Under the pieces are notes generated by a model. It saw only the letters and a program-made list of their open reading frames with translations, had not been told where the DNA came from and did no database searches. Positions 17,904 to 30,468 of a stretch of 64,000 nucleotides of DNA are shown in pieces (positions within the stretch are counted from its first letter, which is position 1; the number at the start of each line of letters is the position of its first letter). The translations under genes and the position numbers were made by a program. Source of the stretch: an uncultured Clostridia bacterium (GTDB lineage: Bacteria; Bacillota; Clostridia; Christensenellales; UBA3700); NCBI GenBank assembly GCA_944383935.1, contig CALWRK010000001.1:19484-83483 (forward strand), read 5' to 3'.

Positions 17904-18811
17904 CCGAGCTTAACCCCGTCAAGTTTATGCCCGAGCATAAACGTCTTTATATCCATTTTCTTTCCGCCTTCCAACTGCACTTCTTCCAGCATGATACTGC
18001 CTGGATTACAGCCGACATACGCCTTATCTTTGACAACGCTCACCATGCCTATATCAAAGCGCTTTTCGCACGGCTTTGCCTTCAAAATTTTCAACGTTTT
18101 GCCCCCGAGCTTGGTGTATGCAGACGGCCACGGCGTAAGCCCGCGGATAAGGCAGTCCAGCTTTTCTGCAGGCATATCGAAGTTTACAAGTCCGTCCGAT
18201 TTTTCAAGCATACGGCAATGTGTGGCGCGGCTTTCGTCCTGAGGCGTATACACCGCCTTGCCGTCGGCTATCAATTTTATGGCGTCTTTCAAAAGCTCTC
18301 CGCCCATGACGGACAGCCTGTCGAACAGTTCTCCCGCTGTCTCCTCTTTACCTATTTCGGTGGATTTGCTTATGAGTATATCGCCCGCATCCACCTTTAA
18401 GACGGTGCGCATTATGGTAACTCCCGTTTGCCGACAGCCGTCTATCATCGCCCACTGTATAGGCGCGGAGCCGCGATACTTAGGCAAGAGTGACGCATGG
18501 ACGTTAATGGTGCCCAAAGGGGGAATATCCAATATCTTCTGTGAAAGTATCTGTCCGAAGGCGCAGGTTACGAACAGATCCGCACCCAGCGCTCTCAGTT
18601 CCTCCGTTCCGTCGCGGCTGACCTTTTCATATTGCAAAATATTCAATCCCAACTCCGCAGCCAGCTGCTTTATCGGAGAAAATGAGATTTTTTTTCTGTC
18701 GCGCTCTCTATCCGGTTGCGTTACTACCGCGACCACTTCATGCCCGCTGTCTACGCAGGCGCGAAGAGAAGGAAGCGCAAAATCGGGAGTTCCGAAAAAT
18801 ACTATCTTCAC
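17900..18811 (-). CDS. fmt: methionyl-tRNA formyltransferase
   Basis: MKIVFFGTPDFALPSL and HASLLPKYRGSAPIQWA motifs. Confidence 0.95.
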   Translation of the reverse strand: MKIVFFGTPDFALPSLRACVDSGHEVVAVVTQPDRERDRKKISFSPIKQLAAELGLNILQYEKVSRDGTEELRALGADLFVTCAFGQILSQKILDIPPLGTINVHASLLPKYRGSAPIQWAMIDGCRQTGVTIMRTVLKVDAGDILISKSTEIGKEETAGELFDRLSVMGGELLKDAIKLIADGKAVYTPQDESRATHCRMLEKSDGLVNFDMPAEKLDCLIRGLTPWPSAYTKLGGKTLKILKAKPCEKRFDIGMVSVVKDKAYVGCNPGSIMLEEVQLEGGKKMDIKTFMLGHKLDGVKLG

Positions 18812-19275
18812 TATACGTTCACCTTATGATATCCGTGCTTATACTCATAGTCATAGAATAAATGTCCGTCCAAGTGATCTATTTCGTGACAGCACGCTCT
18901 TGCGACAAGCCCGCTGTATTCTCCTTTATGCTCCTTGCCGTGTCTGTCATAGTATTTGACGGTAACGTGCATGGGGCGCTCCACCATGCAAGATCTGTTT
19001 GGCACGCTGAGGCACGCCTCTTGACCCACTTGAACGCCCGAAGTGGCGATTATCTCCGGATTGACCATTTCAATATATACATCGCCCACTTCCACTACCG
19101 CCGCTCTGCGCGATATGCCCACCTGCGGTGCCGCAAGTCCCACGCCGTCGGCATATCTCATTGTTTCATGCATATCGTCGAGCAGCCTGCCGAGTTTATC
19201 GTCGAAATTTTCCACGCGGCGGCAGATCTTACGCAAAATGGGTTCGCCGTCCTTTACGATATCCCTTATTGCCAT
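18811..19275 (-). CDS. def: peptide deformylase
   Basis: The three PDF motifs GLAAPQVG, EACLS and HEIDHLDG. Confidence 0.95.
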   Translation of the reverse strand: MAIRDIVKDGEPILRKICRRVENFDDKLGRLLDDMHETMRYADGVGLAAPQVGISRRAAVVEVGDVYIEMVNPEIIATSGVQVGQEACLSVPNRSCMVERPMHVTVKYYDRHGKEHKGEYSGLVARACCHEIDHLDGHLFYDYEYKHGYHKVNV

Positions 19276-19287
19276 ATAATATCCCTC

Positions 19288-21477
19288 CTAATTCAGGTTT
19301 TGAGGATTTATCTCCGCAAATACACTCACGCCCTTGGACTTTTTGCTGTCTATGGCGTGATATACGTCTGCTATGATACTGCGCTCACGCAACCGTTTGA
19401 AGCGCATGAGTATTTGATACCTGAATTTACCTTCTATTTTATTTATAGGACTTTTCATCGCCTGCATATAGACGATGTCGTACCCGTATTTTTTATGCAG
19501 CGGTTTTATCTCAAAGTATATGTTCTTGGCGCATTCTATCACCGCATCTTCGTCTGTTCCGCTCATCAACACGCGCATAATCGTCGTATATGGCGGAAAA
19601 TCCGAAACCATGCGCGTATTATTCTCTTTTTCGAAAAATCCGTCGTAGTCGTAATCGGCCGCATAGCGAAAGACGTAGTGGCGCGGAGAATACGTTTGCA
19701 ATATAACCTTTCCCGATTTTGCCGCTCTGCCCGCGCGCCCCGCAACTTGGGTGACTAACTGAAAAGTGCGCTCTGCGGAGCGGTAATCGCTGAAATACAA
19801 GCTCATATCCGCATCCAGTATGCCAACCAAAGTCACATTGGGAAAGTCATGCCCTTTGGCTATCATCTGCGTGCCCACAAGTATTTGCGCTTCTCCTGCG
19901 GCGAATGCGCCGAGTATGTCCAGATATGCCGACTTAGTGGAAGTGGTTTCGTTGTCCATCCTCAGGATATTCACCCCGGGAAATTCCTTTTCCAACTCTG
20001 AAACCACGCGCTGAGTGCCTATCTTTCCGTATCTTATATCCCTGCTACCGCACTCCGGACAGCAGTCAAGCATCTTATATCTCTTCCCGCAATAATGGCA
20101 TTTGAGCATATTATCCACGGAATGATATGTCAAAGTTATATCGCAATCTGTACATTTGGCTATATATCCGCACTTCTTACACATGACAAAGGAGGAATGT
20201 CCTCGCCTGTTTAAGAAGATCATCGCCTGTTCTTTACGTTCTACAACTTGTCTGAGTTGCTTTTTCAAAGCGGCGGAGAATATGCCGATATTTCCGGCTA
20301 TTATCTCCTCTTTCATATCCACTATCTGCATGGTAGGCATATTTCCGCTTATGCGCTCATCCATGCGCACCAACTCATATGCCCCTTTTTTCGCAAAGAG
20401 AAAACTCTCGATAGAGGGTGTTGCGCTTCCCAAAATCACCTTTCCGCCGTTATATTCCGCCCTCCATTTGGCTATATCAGACGTTATGTATCTGGGATTC
20501 GATTCGCTCACATACGAAGAATCGTGCTCTTCGTCTATTATAATCACGCCCACGTCCTTTACGGGCGCAAAGATGGCGGAACGTGCGCCCACCACCACTT
20601 TTGCATCGCCGCTGATTATCCTGCGCCACTCGTCGAATCTCTCTCCGTCCGACAGTCCGCTGTGCAGCATCGCGACTATATCTCCGAATCGCGCGCGGAA
20701 TATCTTCAACGTCTGCGGCGTAAGCGATATTTCCGGAACAAGCATGATGGCGCTCTTTCCCCTGCTTAACGCATTGGCGATACAGCGCATATACACTTCC
20801 GTCTTGCCGCTTCCCGTAACTCCGTATAAAAGACATACCCTGCGCGGAGATGTCGTTATGGTGTCCAGTGCCGCCTGTTGAGAAGGTCTTAGCTCGGGAA
20901 GAGGCAAATGCCCTCCCTTCAATCCTTCGGGCGTGCGGAATATCTCCCTGTCCGATTTGACCAAAACCTTGCGCTTTATCAACGTGTTCACGCAAGACAG
21001 CGATACTTCGCTCGTGAGGCGGGAGAGAAACTCTCCGCCGTCTTTCAACCTTTCCACTATGGCTCTCCGAGCGGGTGAGCCTGCCTCTTCCAGCAGCTGT
21101 TCGTACGGTCTGTCCTCAGCCAAAGAGATGAATATGCGCTTTAATTCACGCACCCTTCCTCCGCGCAATTTAGAGGGAATAAACAGTCTGAGGCAATCCA
21201 CATAGCGGATAAAATACCTCTCTCTCATAAATTTTGCAAGTTCCAGCTGTTCTTCCGTTATCGCGCTGTACGAATCCAGACGGGCAATTATCTCTTTTAA
21301 GGTATGAGAGGTGGTGGCGCTGTCGGATAAGTCTATACAAAAGCCTTCAATCGTCTTGTTGCCGAAAGGAACAAGGACTCTGTCACCCTTCTTCACCCCA
21401 AGGCTTTCCGGCGCAATATATTCGAATATCTTGTCTATTTCCGCCGTACTTATATCGACAATTACGCTTGCAACCAT
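19288..21477 (-). CDS. priA: primosomal replication-restart protein N' (PriA helicase)
   Basis: GVTGSGKTEVY, IIIDEEHD, the Cys-rich zinc insert (CKKCGYIAKCTDCD...CHYCG...CPECGS) and GRAGR. Confidence 0.95.
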   Translation of the reverse strand: MVASVIVDISTAEIDKIFEYIAPESLGVKKGDRVLVPFGNKTIEGFCIDLSDSATTSHTLKEIIARLDSYSAITEEQLELAKFMRERYFIRYVDCLRLFIPSKLRGGRVRELKRIFISLAEDRPYEQLLEEAGSPARRAIVERLKDGGEFLSRLTSEVSLSCVNTLIKRKVLVKSDREIFRTPEGLKGGHLPLPELRPSQQAALDTITTSPRRVCLLYGVTGSGKTEVYMRCIANALSRGKSAIMLVPEISLTPQTLKIFRARFGDIVAMLHSGLSDGERFDEWRRIISGDAKVVVGARSAIFAPVKDVGVIIIDEEHDSSYVSESNPRYITSDIAKWRAEYNGGKVILGSATPSIESFLFAKKGAYELVRMDERISGNMPTMQIVDMKEEIIAGNIGIFSAALKKQLRQVVERKEQAMIFLNRRGHSSFVMCKKCGYIAKCTDCDITLTYHSVDNMLKCHYCGKRYKMLDCCPECGSRDIRYGKIGTQRVVSELEKEFPGVNILRMDNETTSTKSAYLDILGAFAAGEAQILVGTQMIAKGHDFPNVTLVGILDADMSLYFSDYRSAERTFQLVTQVAGRAGRAAKSGKVILQTYSPRHYVFRYAADYDYDGFFEKENNTRMVSDFPPYTTIMRVLMSGTDEDAVIECAKNIYFEIKPLHKKYGYDIVYMQAMKSPINKIEGKFRYQILMRFKRLRERSIIADVYHAIDSKKSKGVSVFAEINPQNLN

Positions 21478-22646
21478 AAACTTTCTATTTCGTCCACTAC
21501 CTCTTTGGCTATTTTATCTTTTGACGCGGCGGGATATTCAGCCCTATAACCGCCGTTTTTGATAACGATAACGGCGTTGTCGTCCGAATCAAACCCTATT
21601 CCCGGCTTTGAAACGTCGTTTGCCACCACCATATCCGCGCCCTTATTCTTCAACTTTTTAGCGGCGCTCTCCGCCAAATCCTGCGTTTCTGCGCAAAAGA
21701 TGACCAATTTCCTGTCGCCTTTTACCTTACCCAAAGCCGCGGCTATGTCCGGGTTCTTCTTCAAACGCAGTGTAACGTCGTCGCCCTTTATCTTGTTTTC
21801 ATACTTCTGCGCGGGAGAATAGTCGCCCACCGCCGCCGCTTTGACTATGCAGTCGCAATCGCCATACTCGCTCATGCACATATCCAGCATCTCTTTGGCG
21901 TCGGTTATTCGAATAACCTTATCCGTTTCCGCAGGAGGCTCTACCTTCATGTTTCCTGCTATCAAAGTGACGACAGCGCCTCTTTTTTTGAGTTCCCGCA
22001 CTATCGCACACCCCATCTTTCCGCTGGAACGGTTGGTTATATAACGCACTCCGTCGATATTTTCCATCGTTCCGCCTGCGGTCACGAGAAACTTCTTGCC
22101 CGCAAGCGTCCCTGACGGATTGAGCGTTTCCCGGATAAAATCTACTATCTCTTCCGGTTCTGCCATCCGTCCCTTACCCACGTCGCCGCAAGCCAATATC
22201 CCCGTTCCGGGAGAGCAAATACGATATCCTCTGCCCTCCAATATCTTCAGATTTTCCCGAGTAGCGGCGTTTTCGTACATATTAACGTTCATCGCTGGAC
22301 AGATGATTACGGGTACCCGCGAAGCAAGTACGGTGGATGTGAGTAAATCGTCCGCCAGCCCGTGTGCGATTTTCGCTATTACGTTCGCCGTTGCGGGCGC
22401 TATCACCATCACATCCGCCTGTTTTGCAAGAGTGATATGAGCTATCTCCCTGTCTGCCACGCCGTCGAACATCTTATCGTATACCGGCTTGTGTGTAAGT
22501 GCTTGAAAAGTGAGCGGCGTTACGAATCTTGTGGCGTTTTCCGTCATGACAACGGTGACCGCACAGCCTTTTTTGGTCAATGCGGACGCAAGTGCGCAAC
22601 TTTTATAACAGGCAATACCGCCGCTTACTCCCAGCAATACGTTCAT
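21462..22646 (-). CDS. coaBC: bifunctional phosphopantothenoylcysteine decarboxylase / phosphopantothenate-cysteine ligase
   Basis: Flavoprotein N-domain GVSGGIACYKS...PAMN and C-terminal CoaB domain (ITNRSSGKMG). Confidence 0.95.
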   Translation of the reverse strand: MNVLLGVSGGIACYKSCALASALTKKGCAVTVVMTENATRFVTPLTFQALTHKPVYDKMFDGVADREIAHITLAKQADVMVIAPATANVIAKIAHGLADDLLTSTVLASRVPVIICPAMNVNMYENAATRENLKILEGRGYRICSPGTGILACGDVGKGRMAEPEEIVDFIRETLNPSGTLAGKKFLVTAGGTMENIDGVRYITNRSSGKMGCAIVRELKKRGAVVTLIAGNMKVEPPAETDKVIRITDAKEMLDMCMSEYGDCDCIVKAAAVGDYSPAQKYENKIKGDDVTLRLKKNPDIAAALGKVKGDRKLVIFCAETQDLAESAAKKLKNKGADMVVANDVSKPGIGFDSDDNAVIVIKNGGYRAEYPAASKDKIAKEVVDEIESLWLQA

Positions 22647-22852
22647 CAGATATTCTCGCTCCTGATAACTATTTTGTCCTCGTATACTTCCTTAGCCGCA
22701 TAGCTGATGGACTTCATTCCCGCTTCTTTGAGCAGTTCGGGATACTGTGCGTCCAGCTGTCTTGCCCTCTTTGCAATGCCGCACACGAGTGCGTAACGGC
22801 ATTCCGCCTTTTTGATAAGTTTATCGATGGGGGGATCGATCATCATATTCAT
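22646..22852 (-). CDS. rpoZ: DNA-directed RNA polymerase subunit omega
   Basis: 68 aa with RYALVCGIAKRARQL. Conserved gmk-rpoZ-coaBC order. TGATG overlap with coaBC. Confidence 0.9.
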   Translation of the reverse strand: MNMMIDPPIDKLIKKAECRYALVCGIAKRARQLDAQYPELLKEAGMKSISYAAKEVYEDKIVIRSENI

Positions 22853-23487
22853 TTACCTCCGCCTATAAGATTTTTTATGTATGTCATATTGTTTTTTACG
22901 CAATATTTTTCCGCTTTTTCCGTATGTTTACCACGCAGAGCCGCTATTATCTCCAATACTCGACCGACGCACTCTTCCAAGTCGTCGTTCACGACCGCAT
23001 AGTCGTATTCCAGCGCTTTTTCTATCTCTCCGGGAGCGTTCTTCATCCGCTTTTCTATCACCTCGGGTGCATCCGTATTCCTGCCCGAAAGCCTTTGAAG
23101 CAACCCTTCCATACTCCCGGGGAGAATAAAGATGAGCACCGCCTCCGGAAGCCTGGACTTGACGGAAAGACCGCCCTTCACGTCTATCACCAACACTGCG
23201 TCCTTTCCCTCTTTTCGAATGCTTTCCACATACGAAGCGGGCGTGGCATAACAATTCCCGTGCACGCTCTCATGCTCCAAAAAATCGCCGTCTGCGAGCA
23301 TCTCGTCATATTTTTCACGGGAGATGAAGTGGTAATGAACTCCGTCCACCTCGCCCGTGCGAGGTGCGCGAGTTGTCACGGAAATAGACTTTTTCAGCCC
23401 GGAATCCCTCTTCATAACCCCTTTAAGCACGGTATCTTTTCCCACTCCGGACGGTCCGGAGAGGACTATCAGCAAACCTTTTTCCAT
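22849..23487 (-). CDS. gmk: guanylate kinase
   Basis: LSGPSGVGKDT P-loop. I prefer the ATG at 23487 (MEKGLLIV, GGAG 4 nt upstream) to the ORF-track start 23499. Confidence 0.93.
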   Translation of the reverse strand: MEKGLLIVLSGPSGVGKDTVLKGVMKRDSGLKKSISVTTRAPRTGEVDGVHYHFISREKYDEMLADGDFLEHESVHGNCYATPASYVESIRKEGKDAVLVIDVKGGLSVKSRLPEAVLIFILPGSMEGLLQRLSGRNTDAPEVIEKRMKNAPGEIEKALEYDYAVVNDDLEECVGRVLEIIAALRGKHTEKAEKYCVKNNMTYIKNLIGGGK

Positions 23488-23488
23488 A

Positions 23489-24358
23489 TCACTCCACATT
23501 CTGCACTTGCTCGCGCACTTTTTCTATCTCGCATTTCGCGTCTATAACGCACTGCGCTATCTCCGAATCGCTGCACTTGGACCCTATGGTATTTGTTTCC
23601 CTGTTCATCTCCTGAACTATGAAATCCAACTTCTTACCCACTGTTCCGCTTTCCTTGCACACGTCGGCAAAATGCGCTATGTGCGACCTAAGTCTGGCTA
23701 TCTCCTCATCCACCGCCACTTTGTCCGCATAGAAGGCGACCTCGTTCATCAGCCGAGCCTCATCGAACGCCACGTCGTTGAGCAACTCGCATATGCGTTC
23801 GCGCATATGATTTTTATGCTCTTCTACATTGGCGGGGGCAAGTTTTTCCACTTTATCCACAAATACGGAGATGTTTGCGACTTTCTCCATCAAATCGCGC
23901 TCCAACATTCCGCCCTCTTTTTCACGCATAGCCACCAATCCTTGCAGCGCGGATGCCGCGGCTTCTTTGACAAGGGCGCACACCTCCTCTTCATCCTCGT
24001 CTTCCTCTTTTACAAGAATGACCTCGGGCATTTTGAACAGCTCCGCCACGCCGAAATCGTTTCCGATTCCCAACTTCATGCACGCCTTTGCAGCCATCGT
24101 ACAATAGTCGCGCGCAAGGGCGTCGTCCAAACTCACCTTTCCCGTGTTTTCACGCTCGTAATTAACATAAATGTCCAAATGTCCGCGCGAAATCACGGAT
24201 TTGACCGCATTCCTTACGGTATCTTCCGCAAAGCCGAGAGTACGCGGCAACTTGATATTCATGTCCAGAAAGCGGTGGTTTACGGACTTAATCTCTACGC
24301 CTACTTTTCTGCCGGCGCTCTCCGCAACTCCCTTTCCGTATCCGGTCATACTTTTCAT
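23489..24358 (-). CDS. yicC: YicC family stress-induced protein
   Basis: MKSMTGYGKG N-terminus and C-terminal EIEKVREQVQNVE, typical of YicC/YloC. Conserved position upstream of gmk. Confidence 0.9.
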   Translation of the reverse strand: MKSMTGYGKGVAESAGRKVGVEIKSVNHRFLDMNIKLPRTLGFAEDTVRNAVKSVISRGHLDIYVNYERENTGKVSLDDALARDYCTMAAKACMKLGIGNDFGVAELFKMPEVILVKEEDEDEEEVCALVKEAAASALQGLVAMREKEGGMLERDLMEKVANISVFVDKVEKLAPANVEEHKNHMRERICELLNDVAFDEARLMNEVAFYADKVAVDEEIARLRSHIAHFADVCKESGTVGKKLDFIVQEMNRETNTIGSKCSDSEIAQCVIDAKCEIEKVREQVQNVE

Positions 24359-24389
24359 GAACTACCTCTTTATCCTTTCTGTGTTTGAC

Positions 24390-24418
24390 ATTATATCATA
24401 TGCGCGCGAAAAATACAA
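24390..24418 (-). promoter_or_regulatory. putative promoter of the yicC-gmk-rpoZ-coaBC-priA chain
   Basis: Minus strand TTGTAT-17 nt-TATAAT with TGa extended -10, about 30 nt upstream of yicC (SD AAGAGG). Confidence 0.5.
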
Positions 24419-24588
24419 ATAAATCTAATAAGAAAAAGCGTGCCGAAAGCAATCCCGACTAAGCGACATAAATGTAAAACTCGAATGCGGTTAAAAGCTA
24501 AACATCCCACGCCCCATTTGGTGAAATAAATCACACATATATGCGCAAAAATCCCTCAGAAAAATCCTAAGCCGCGTGTGGAGAAAAG

Positions 24589-26535
<1,947 letters not shown>

Positions 26536-28692
26536 TCAGCCCTCTATGGTGAGCGGCGCCAGACGCAAATTCAGCACCTTGACACCCATCTTTTCAAATG
26601 CAATGCGCGCATTTTCGCCCGTCACTTCCTGGATCACTCCCTTTCCGAACTTGGGATGATTGACCGTGGCGCCCTGCTTGAATACAGATATATCCTTAGT
26701 CGCAGTTACTGCGGGACGCCCGAATGCGGGCGGAATCTCCCTGCGCAGCGCCTTTTGCACGGTATGGTGTACGGTGCGCTCTTCCGATTTGCGCGCCGCC
26801 GCAATAAGTCCGCTCTCCTTGACGAAGCGGCTGACGGGATTACTCTCCGTCTTGCCGAATCTGAACCTCCTGCCTGCGTTGGTGAGCCACAATCTCTCTT
26901 TTGCGCGAGTGATGGCAACGTACATTATCCTGCGCTCTTCCTCCACGTCCGCGCTAGTAGTGTCCGACCTCAAAGAGGGGAATATACCCTCTTCCAATCC
27001 CACTATGAATACACAACGAAATTCCAACCCCTTCACGCCGTGAATGGTGGCTATTGTGATATAGTTTCCCTCGTCCGTTTCATCCGCGTCTGTAAGCAGA
27101 GAAAGCGTCTGCAAATATTCTTCCAATTTTACGTCGGGGTTATCCGCGCAAAATTCGTGGACGGATGTCAAAAACTGGTCGATATTTTCCAATTTTGTCC
27201 TGCCTTCGGGATCGTCGATATCGTAAGCGGAATAAAAATCTATCCTGTCAAACACATATTTGACATACTCATCCAGCGGCATCTTGTCCTTATTTTCCGA
27301 TATATCCGCAGCCAGGGCGGCAAAAGGTGAAAGTTTTTTCTTGTACGCAGAGGAAAGATCCAGCTCGTCCAAGATCATCAACCCGTCAAAGAGAGATACG
27401 TTCTTCTCGGCGCACGCGCTGATGAGCGCGTCCACGCACGCGTCACCGATACCGCGCTTGGGAAAGTTGATTATGCGCGTCACGCTCTCCCCGTCCGCGG
27501 GATTTACCGCCATTCTCAAATAGGCGATAAAGTCCTTTATCTCCTTCCTCTCATAGAACTTGAAGCCGCCTATCACCCTGTAAGGCATTCCGTAAGAAGA
27601 CATCCTGTCCTCGAATACGCGCGTAAGAGAGTTTATACGCACAAGAATGGCAAAATCGCTGTACTTATAGCCATGATTCTTAACCAAATTCATGATCTGT
27701 TCCAACACAAAATCCGCCTCGGTCTTGTCATCGCCCAAACTGCGATAGGATACGTCCACTCCGTCTTCCCTGTCCGTCCAAAGCTGCTTCCCCATTCGCC
27801 CGGCGTTGTTAGCTATAACCTTATTCGCCGTTTTCAAGATATTTCCGCTGCTGCGATAGTTGCGCTCCAACTTATATATTCTGCAATCGGGGTAATCTTT
27901 CTTGAAATTGAGGATATTGCCCACGTCCGCTCCGCGCCAGCCGTATATACTCTGATCGTCGTCGCCCACCACAAAGATATTGCCGTACTTGCGCACCAGC
28001 ATCTTCACCAGCAAAAACTGTATTTTGTTCGTGTCCTGAAACTCATCCACATGGACATATAAAAATCTGTCCTGATACTTTTCCAACACGTCTTTGTGCA
28101 TGGCAAAGAGTAAAAAGGTTTTGAGCAAAAGGTCGTCAAAGTCGAAGGCGTTGTTCTTTGCCAACTCCTCTTCATACTTTTCATACACCTGCGTTATCAG
28201 CGCACACTCGGGATGATCTTTTATGCGCAGAGAATACTGATCGGGAGTCATGGCAATACTCTTTGCCGCGGAGATATGCCAGCGTATAGTCTTTTTCTTG
28301 TCCGTATCTTCGGGAAATCCCTCTTTTAATATGCGTGTGATAATCCTGTCCGTCTCCGCCTCCCCGTATATGGAGAAGTTGCGGCTGTGTCCCAATTTAT
28401 CCGCGTCGTTGCGCAATACGCGCGCGCAGAAAGAGTGGAAAGTCATAACCCACATTCCGTCTTGTCCCGTGACTGCATGAATACGCTCTTTCATCTCTCC
28501 CGCCGCCTTATTCGTAAAGGTAATGGCGAGAATATTATAGGGAGATACCCCGCATTTTTCGATAAGATACGCTATCCTGTATGTAAGTACGCGAGTCTTT
28601 CCGCTCCCGGCGCCAGCCAGCACGAGAACCGCACCCTGGGTATCGGTAACCGGTTTGAGTTGCTCTTCGTTGAGCAGAGTAGAATAATCCAT
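26536..28692 (-). CDS. pcrA: ATP-dependent DNA helicase PcrA (UvrD family)
   Basis: VLAGAGSGKT, VDEFQDTN, GDDDQSIYGWRGA and TIHGVKGLEF. Conserved pcrA-ligA pair. Confidence 0.95.
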   Translation of the reverse strand: MDYSTLLNEEQLKPVTDTQGAVLVLAGAGSGKTRVLTYRIAYLIEKCGVSPYNILAITFTNKAAGEMKERIHAVTGQDGMWVMTFHSFCARVLRNDADKLGHSRNFSIYGEAETDRIITRILKEGFPEDTDKKKTIRWHISAAKSIAMTPDQYSLRIKDHPECALITQVYEKYEEELAKNNAFDFDDLLLKTFLLFAMHKDVLEKYQDRFLYVHVDEFQDTNKIQFLLVKMLVRKYGNIFVVGDDDQSIYGWRGADVGNILNFKKDYPDCRIYKLERNYRSSGNILKTANKVIANNAGRMGKQLWTDREDGVDVSYRSLGDDKTEADFVLEQIMNLVKNHGYKYSDFAILVRINSLTRVFEDRMSSYGMPYRVIGGFKFYERKEIKDFIAYLRMAVNPADGESVTRIINFPKRGIGDACVDALISACAEKNVSLFDGLMILDELDLSSAYKKKLSPFAALAADISENKDKMPLDEYVKYVFDRIDFYSAYDIDDPEGRTKLENIDQFLTSVHEFCADNPDVKLEEYLQTLSLLTDADETDEGNYITIATIHGVKGLEFRCVFIVGLEEGIFPSLRSDTTSADVEEERRIMYVAITRAKERLWLTNAGRRFRFGKTESNPVSRFVKESGLIAAARKSEERTVHHTVQKALRREIPPAFGRPAVTATKDISVFKQGATVNHPKFGKGVIQEVTGENARIAFEKMGVKVLNLRLAPLTIEG

Positions 28693-28722
28693 GAACTTTC
28701 TCTCTTTTTGTGTATTTAACTT

Positions 28723-28751
28723 ATATTACCACAAAAAGGGAAAATTTGCAA
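28723..28751 (-). promoter_or_regulatory. putative pcrA-ligA promoter
   Basis: Minus strand TTGCAA-17 nt-TAATAT with TGg extended -10, about 30 nt upstream of the pcrA ATG. Confidence 0.45.
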
Positions 28752-28812
28752 GGATTGCAACCGCATAAAAATAAACGCCGAAAAAGAATTTTATCGCTTA
28801 TCCGTAGAACAA

Positions 28813-30462
28813 TCAGACATAATTCAGTCTGTAATTTCCGTTGCCTACGATCAATTCCCAGTCAAAATCGCCGTCGGAATATATCGTGAACACAATGGGC
28901 AGGGAGGGATCTTCGCCCAGCGTCCCCTCAAATGCGCTCGCCCCAATTCGCGTCACGCTTTGAGGTATGGTTATTTGCTTTATCCCCGTCATGATAAAAG
29001 CGTAACTTTCTATGGCGATAAGTGTGTCGGGCAGAAGGATGTGTTCAAGAGAAAAACAGCCCGTGAATGCGTCGGACGGGATTATCGTGAGCGCGGAAGG
29101 CAGAGTCACGTCGCTCAGCATTGCGCAATCGGCAAATATTCCCGCACCCAATGTCGTATGCTCCCCAAGAAATTCAACGCGCGTCAAAGCCGCGCACGAC
29201 GCAAAAGCCTCGCTAGATACATATTCAACCCCGGCGGGTATTACGACAGAGGTGATATCAGTCCCCATAAACGCCCGGCCGCCTATTCCGCACACGGGAT
29301 AACCGCCCAAAGATTGAGGCACGACTATATCCCTATCTTCGCCGTTATATTCGAAGATATACGCCTTGCCATCCCTTACGGTATAAGTATATCCTCCTTC
29401 GCTGCCGTCCGTTAGATATTTATAGGCGTATTTGCCCTCCCCCGTATATCCGCTGTTATTCCACACAGACGAAAATCCCCCGCTCTCTTTTGCCTGCAAA
29501 TAAATGAGCAAATCGTCCGCGCAATCGGCGCATATCCTTGCCCCTACTTCGTTTACGGAAGAAGCGATGGTCACCGAAGTTAAATTTTTATTCCCTGCAA
29601 AAGCATAGCTGTAAATTCCCGTCGTTCCGTCCGTCACGGCATAATCCCCCGCAACGGACGCGGACAGATAGACCAATTCGGTTCCGTCATAGAGCGCGCC
29701 GTTTGCTTCCGAGTATGTTTCCCCTTGACAGAAAATCTCTTCAACACCCGAACCGGCGAATACTCCCACACCTAAGTTCACGGAGGCACCGATATATGCT
29801 TTTTTGAGTGAAGTTACCTGCTTGAATGCATTGTCATCCACCCTAACAGTGCTTGTACCGCATACTGAGGGGAGATAGACAGTACTTATGGAAGAGTCCT
29901 TCAATCCTGTAATAACTACCTCTCCGCCTATATTTGAAGTGTGGAACGTACTGTTCACATAGCTTTCCCCGGCATAAAATCCGTAGAGAGCCGTCCCACC
30001 CGGTTGTGCGGTAACGCTATCGCCGACCCTCTCGGTCATCTCCTCGTCGGTATACCAACCGAAGAACTCTCCTAAACTTGAAGGATATTCCGCAGGCGTA
30101 AATTCCTCGTCGGTAGTCTTTTCTTCGGTGAGATATACCTCCCCGTTGACATAATAGGCGGTAATAGACTGCGCTGGCGTCCATACAGCGGTGAATACGC
30201 AGTCTGTGTTAATCACAACCAGCGCGGCGCTACCCCCTTTTTCATCCTGCCATCCTCCGAAAGTGTATCCCTCGCGTACGGGGATATAGCTGCTTAAATT
30301 AAGCGCAACGCCTTCCTCAACCACTATCGAAGTCTGTGCCATCTCCCCTCCCGCAGCATCGAAAGTGACGGTATATTCCTTGGGCTTGCACGCAAAAAGC
30401 GCCGCCGCCATGCAGATGACGGAGAGCAATATCAAGACGATCAGCGGTAACTTTTTCTTCAT
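28813..30462 (-). CDS. cell-surface lipoprotein with Listeria/Bacteroides-type repeat and BspA-like leucine-rich repeats
   Basis: MKKKLPLIVLILLSVICMAAALFAC signal peptide with lipobox. YTVTFDAAGGE...GYTFGGW repeat. Then repeated LRR-like units (...L.SV.IP.SV..IG..AF..C..L..I...). Start placed at ATG 30462. The ORF-track GTG at 30480 lies inside the promoter -10 region. Confidence 0.75.
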   Translation of the reverse strand: MKKKLPLIVLILLSVICMAAALFACKPKEYTVTFDAAGGEMAQTSIVVEEGVALNLSSYIPVREGYTFGGWQDEKGGSAALVVINTDCVFTAVWTPAQSITAYYVNGEVYLTEEKTTDEEFTPAEYPSSLGEFFGWYTDEEMTERVGDSVTAQPGGTALYGFYAGESYVNSTFHTSNIGGEVVITGLKDSSISTVYLPSVCGTSTVRVDDNAFKQVTSLKKAYIGASVNLGVGVFAGSGVEEIFCQGETYSEANGALYDGTELVYLSASVAGDYAVTDGTTGIYSYAFAGNKNLTSVTIASSVNEVGARICADCADDLLIYLQAKESGGFSSVWNNSGYTGEGKYAYKYLTDGSEGGYTYTVRDGKAYIFEYNGEDRDIVVPQSLGGYPVCGIGGRAFMGTDITSVVIPAGVEYVSSEAFASCAALTRVEFLGEHTTLGAGIFADCAMLSDVTLPSALTIIPSDAFTGCFSLEHILLPDTLIAIESYAFIMTGIKQITIPQSVTRIGASAFEGTLGEDPSLPIVFTIYSDGDFDWELIVGNGNYRLNYV

Positions 30463-30468
30463 ACTCAA

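Noticed and set aside
23357-24388. 343-aa plus-strand ORF opposite yicC/gmk, with similar long plus-strand ORFs at 36872-37804, 35704-36504, 18862-19758, 18258-18959, 15296-15961 and 51596-52471
   Set aside because: All lie opposite well-supported housekeeping genes. Most are in the codon-aligned antisense frame. They lack RBSs and recognisable motifs. Treated as shadow ORFs.
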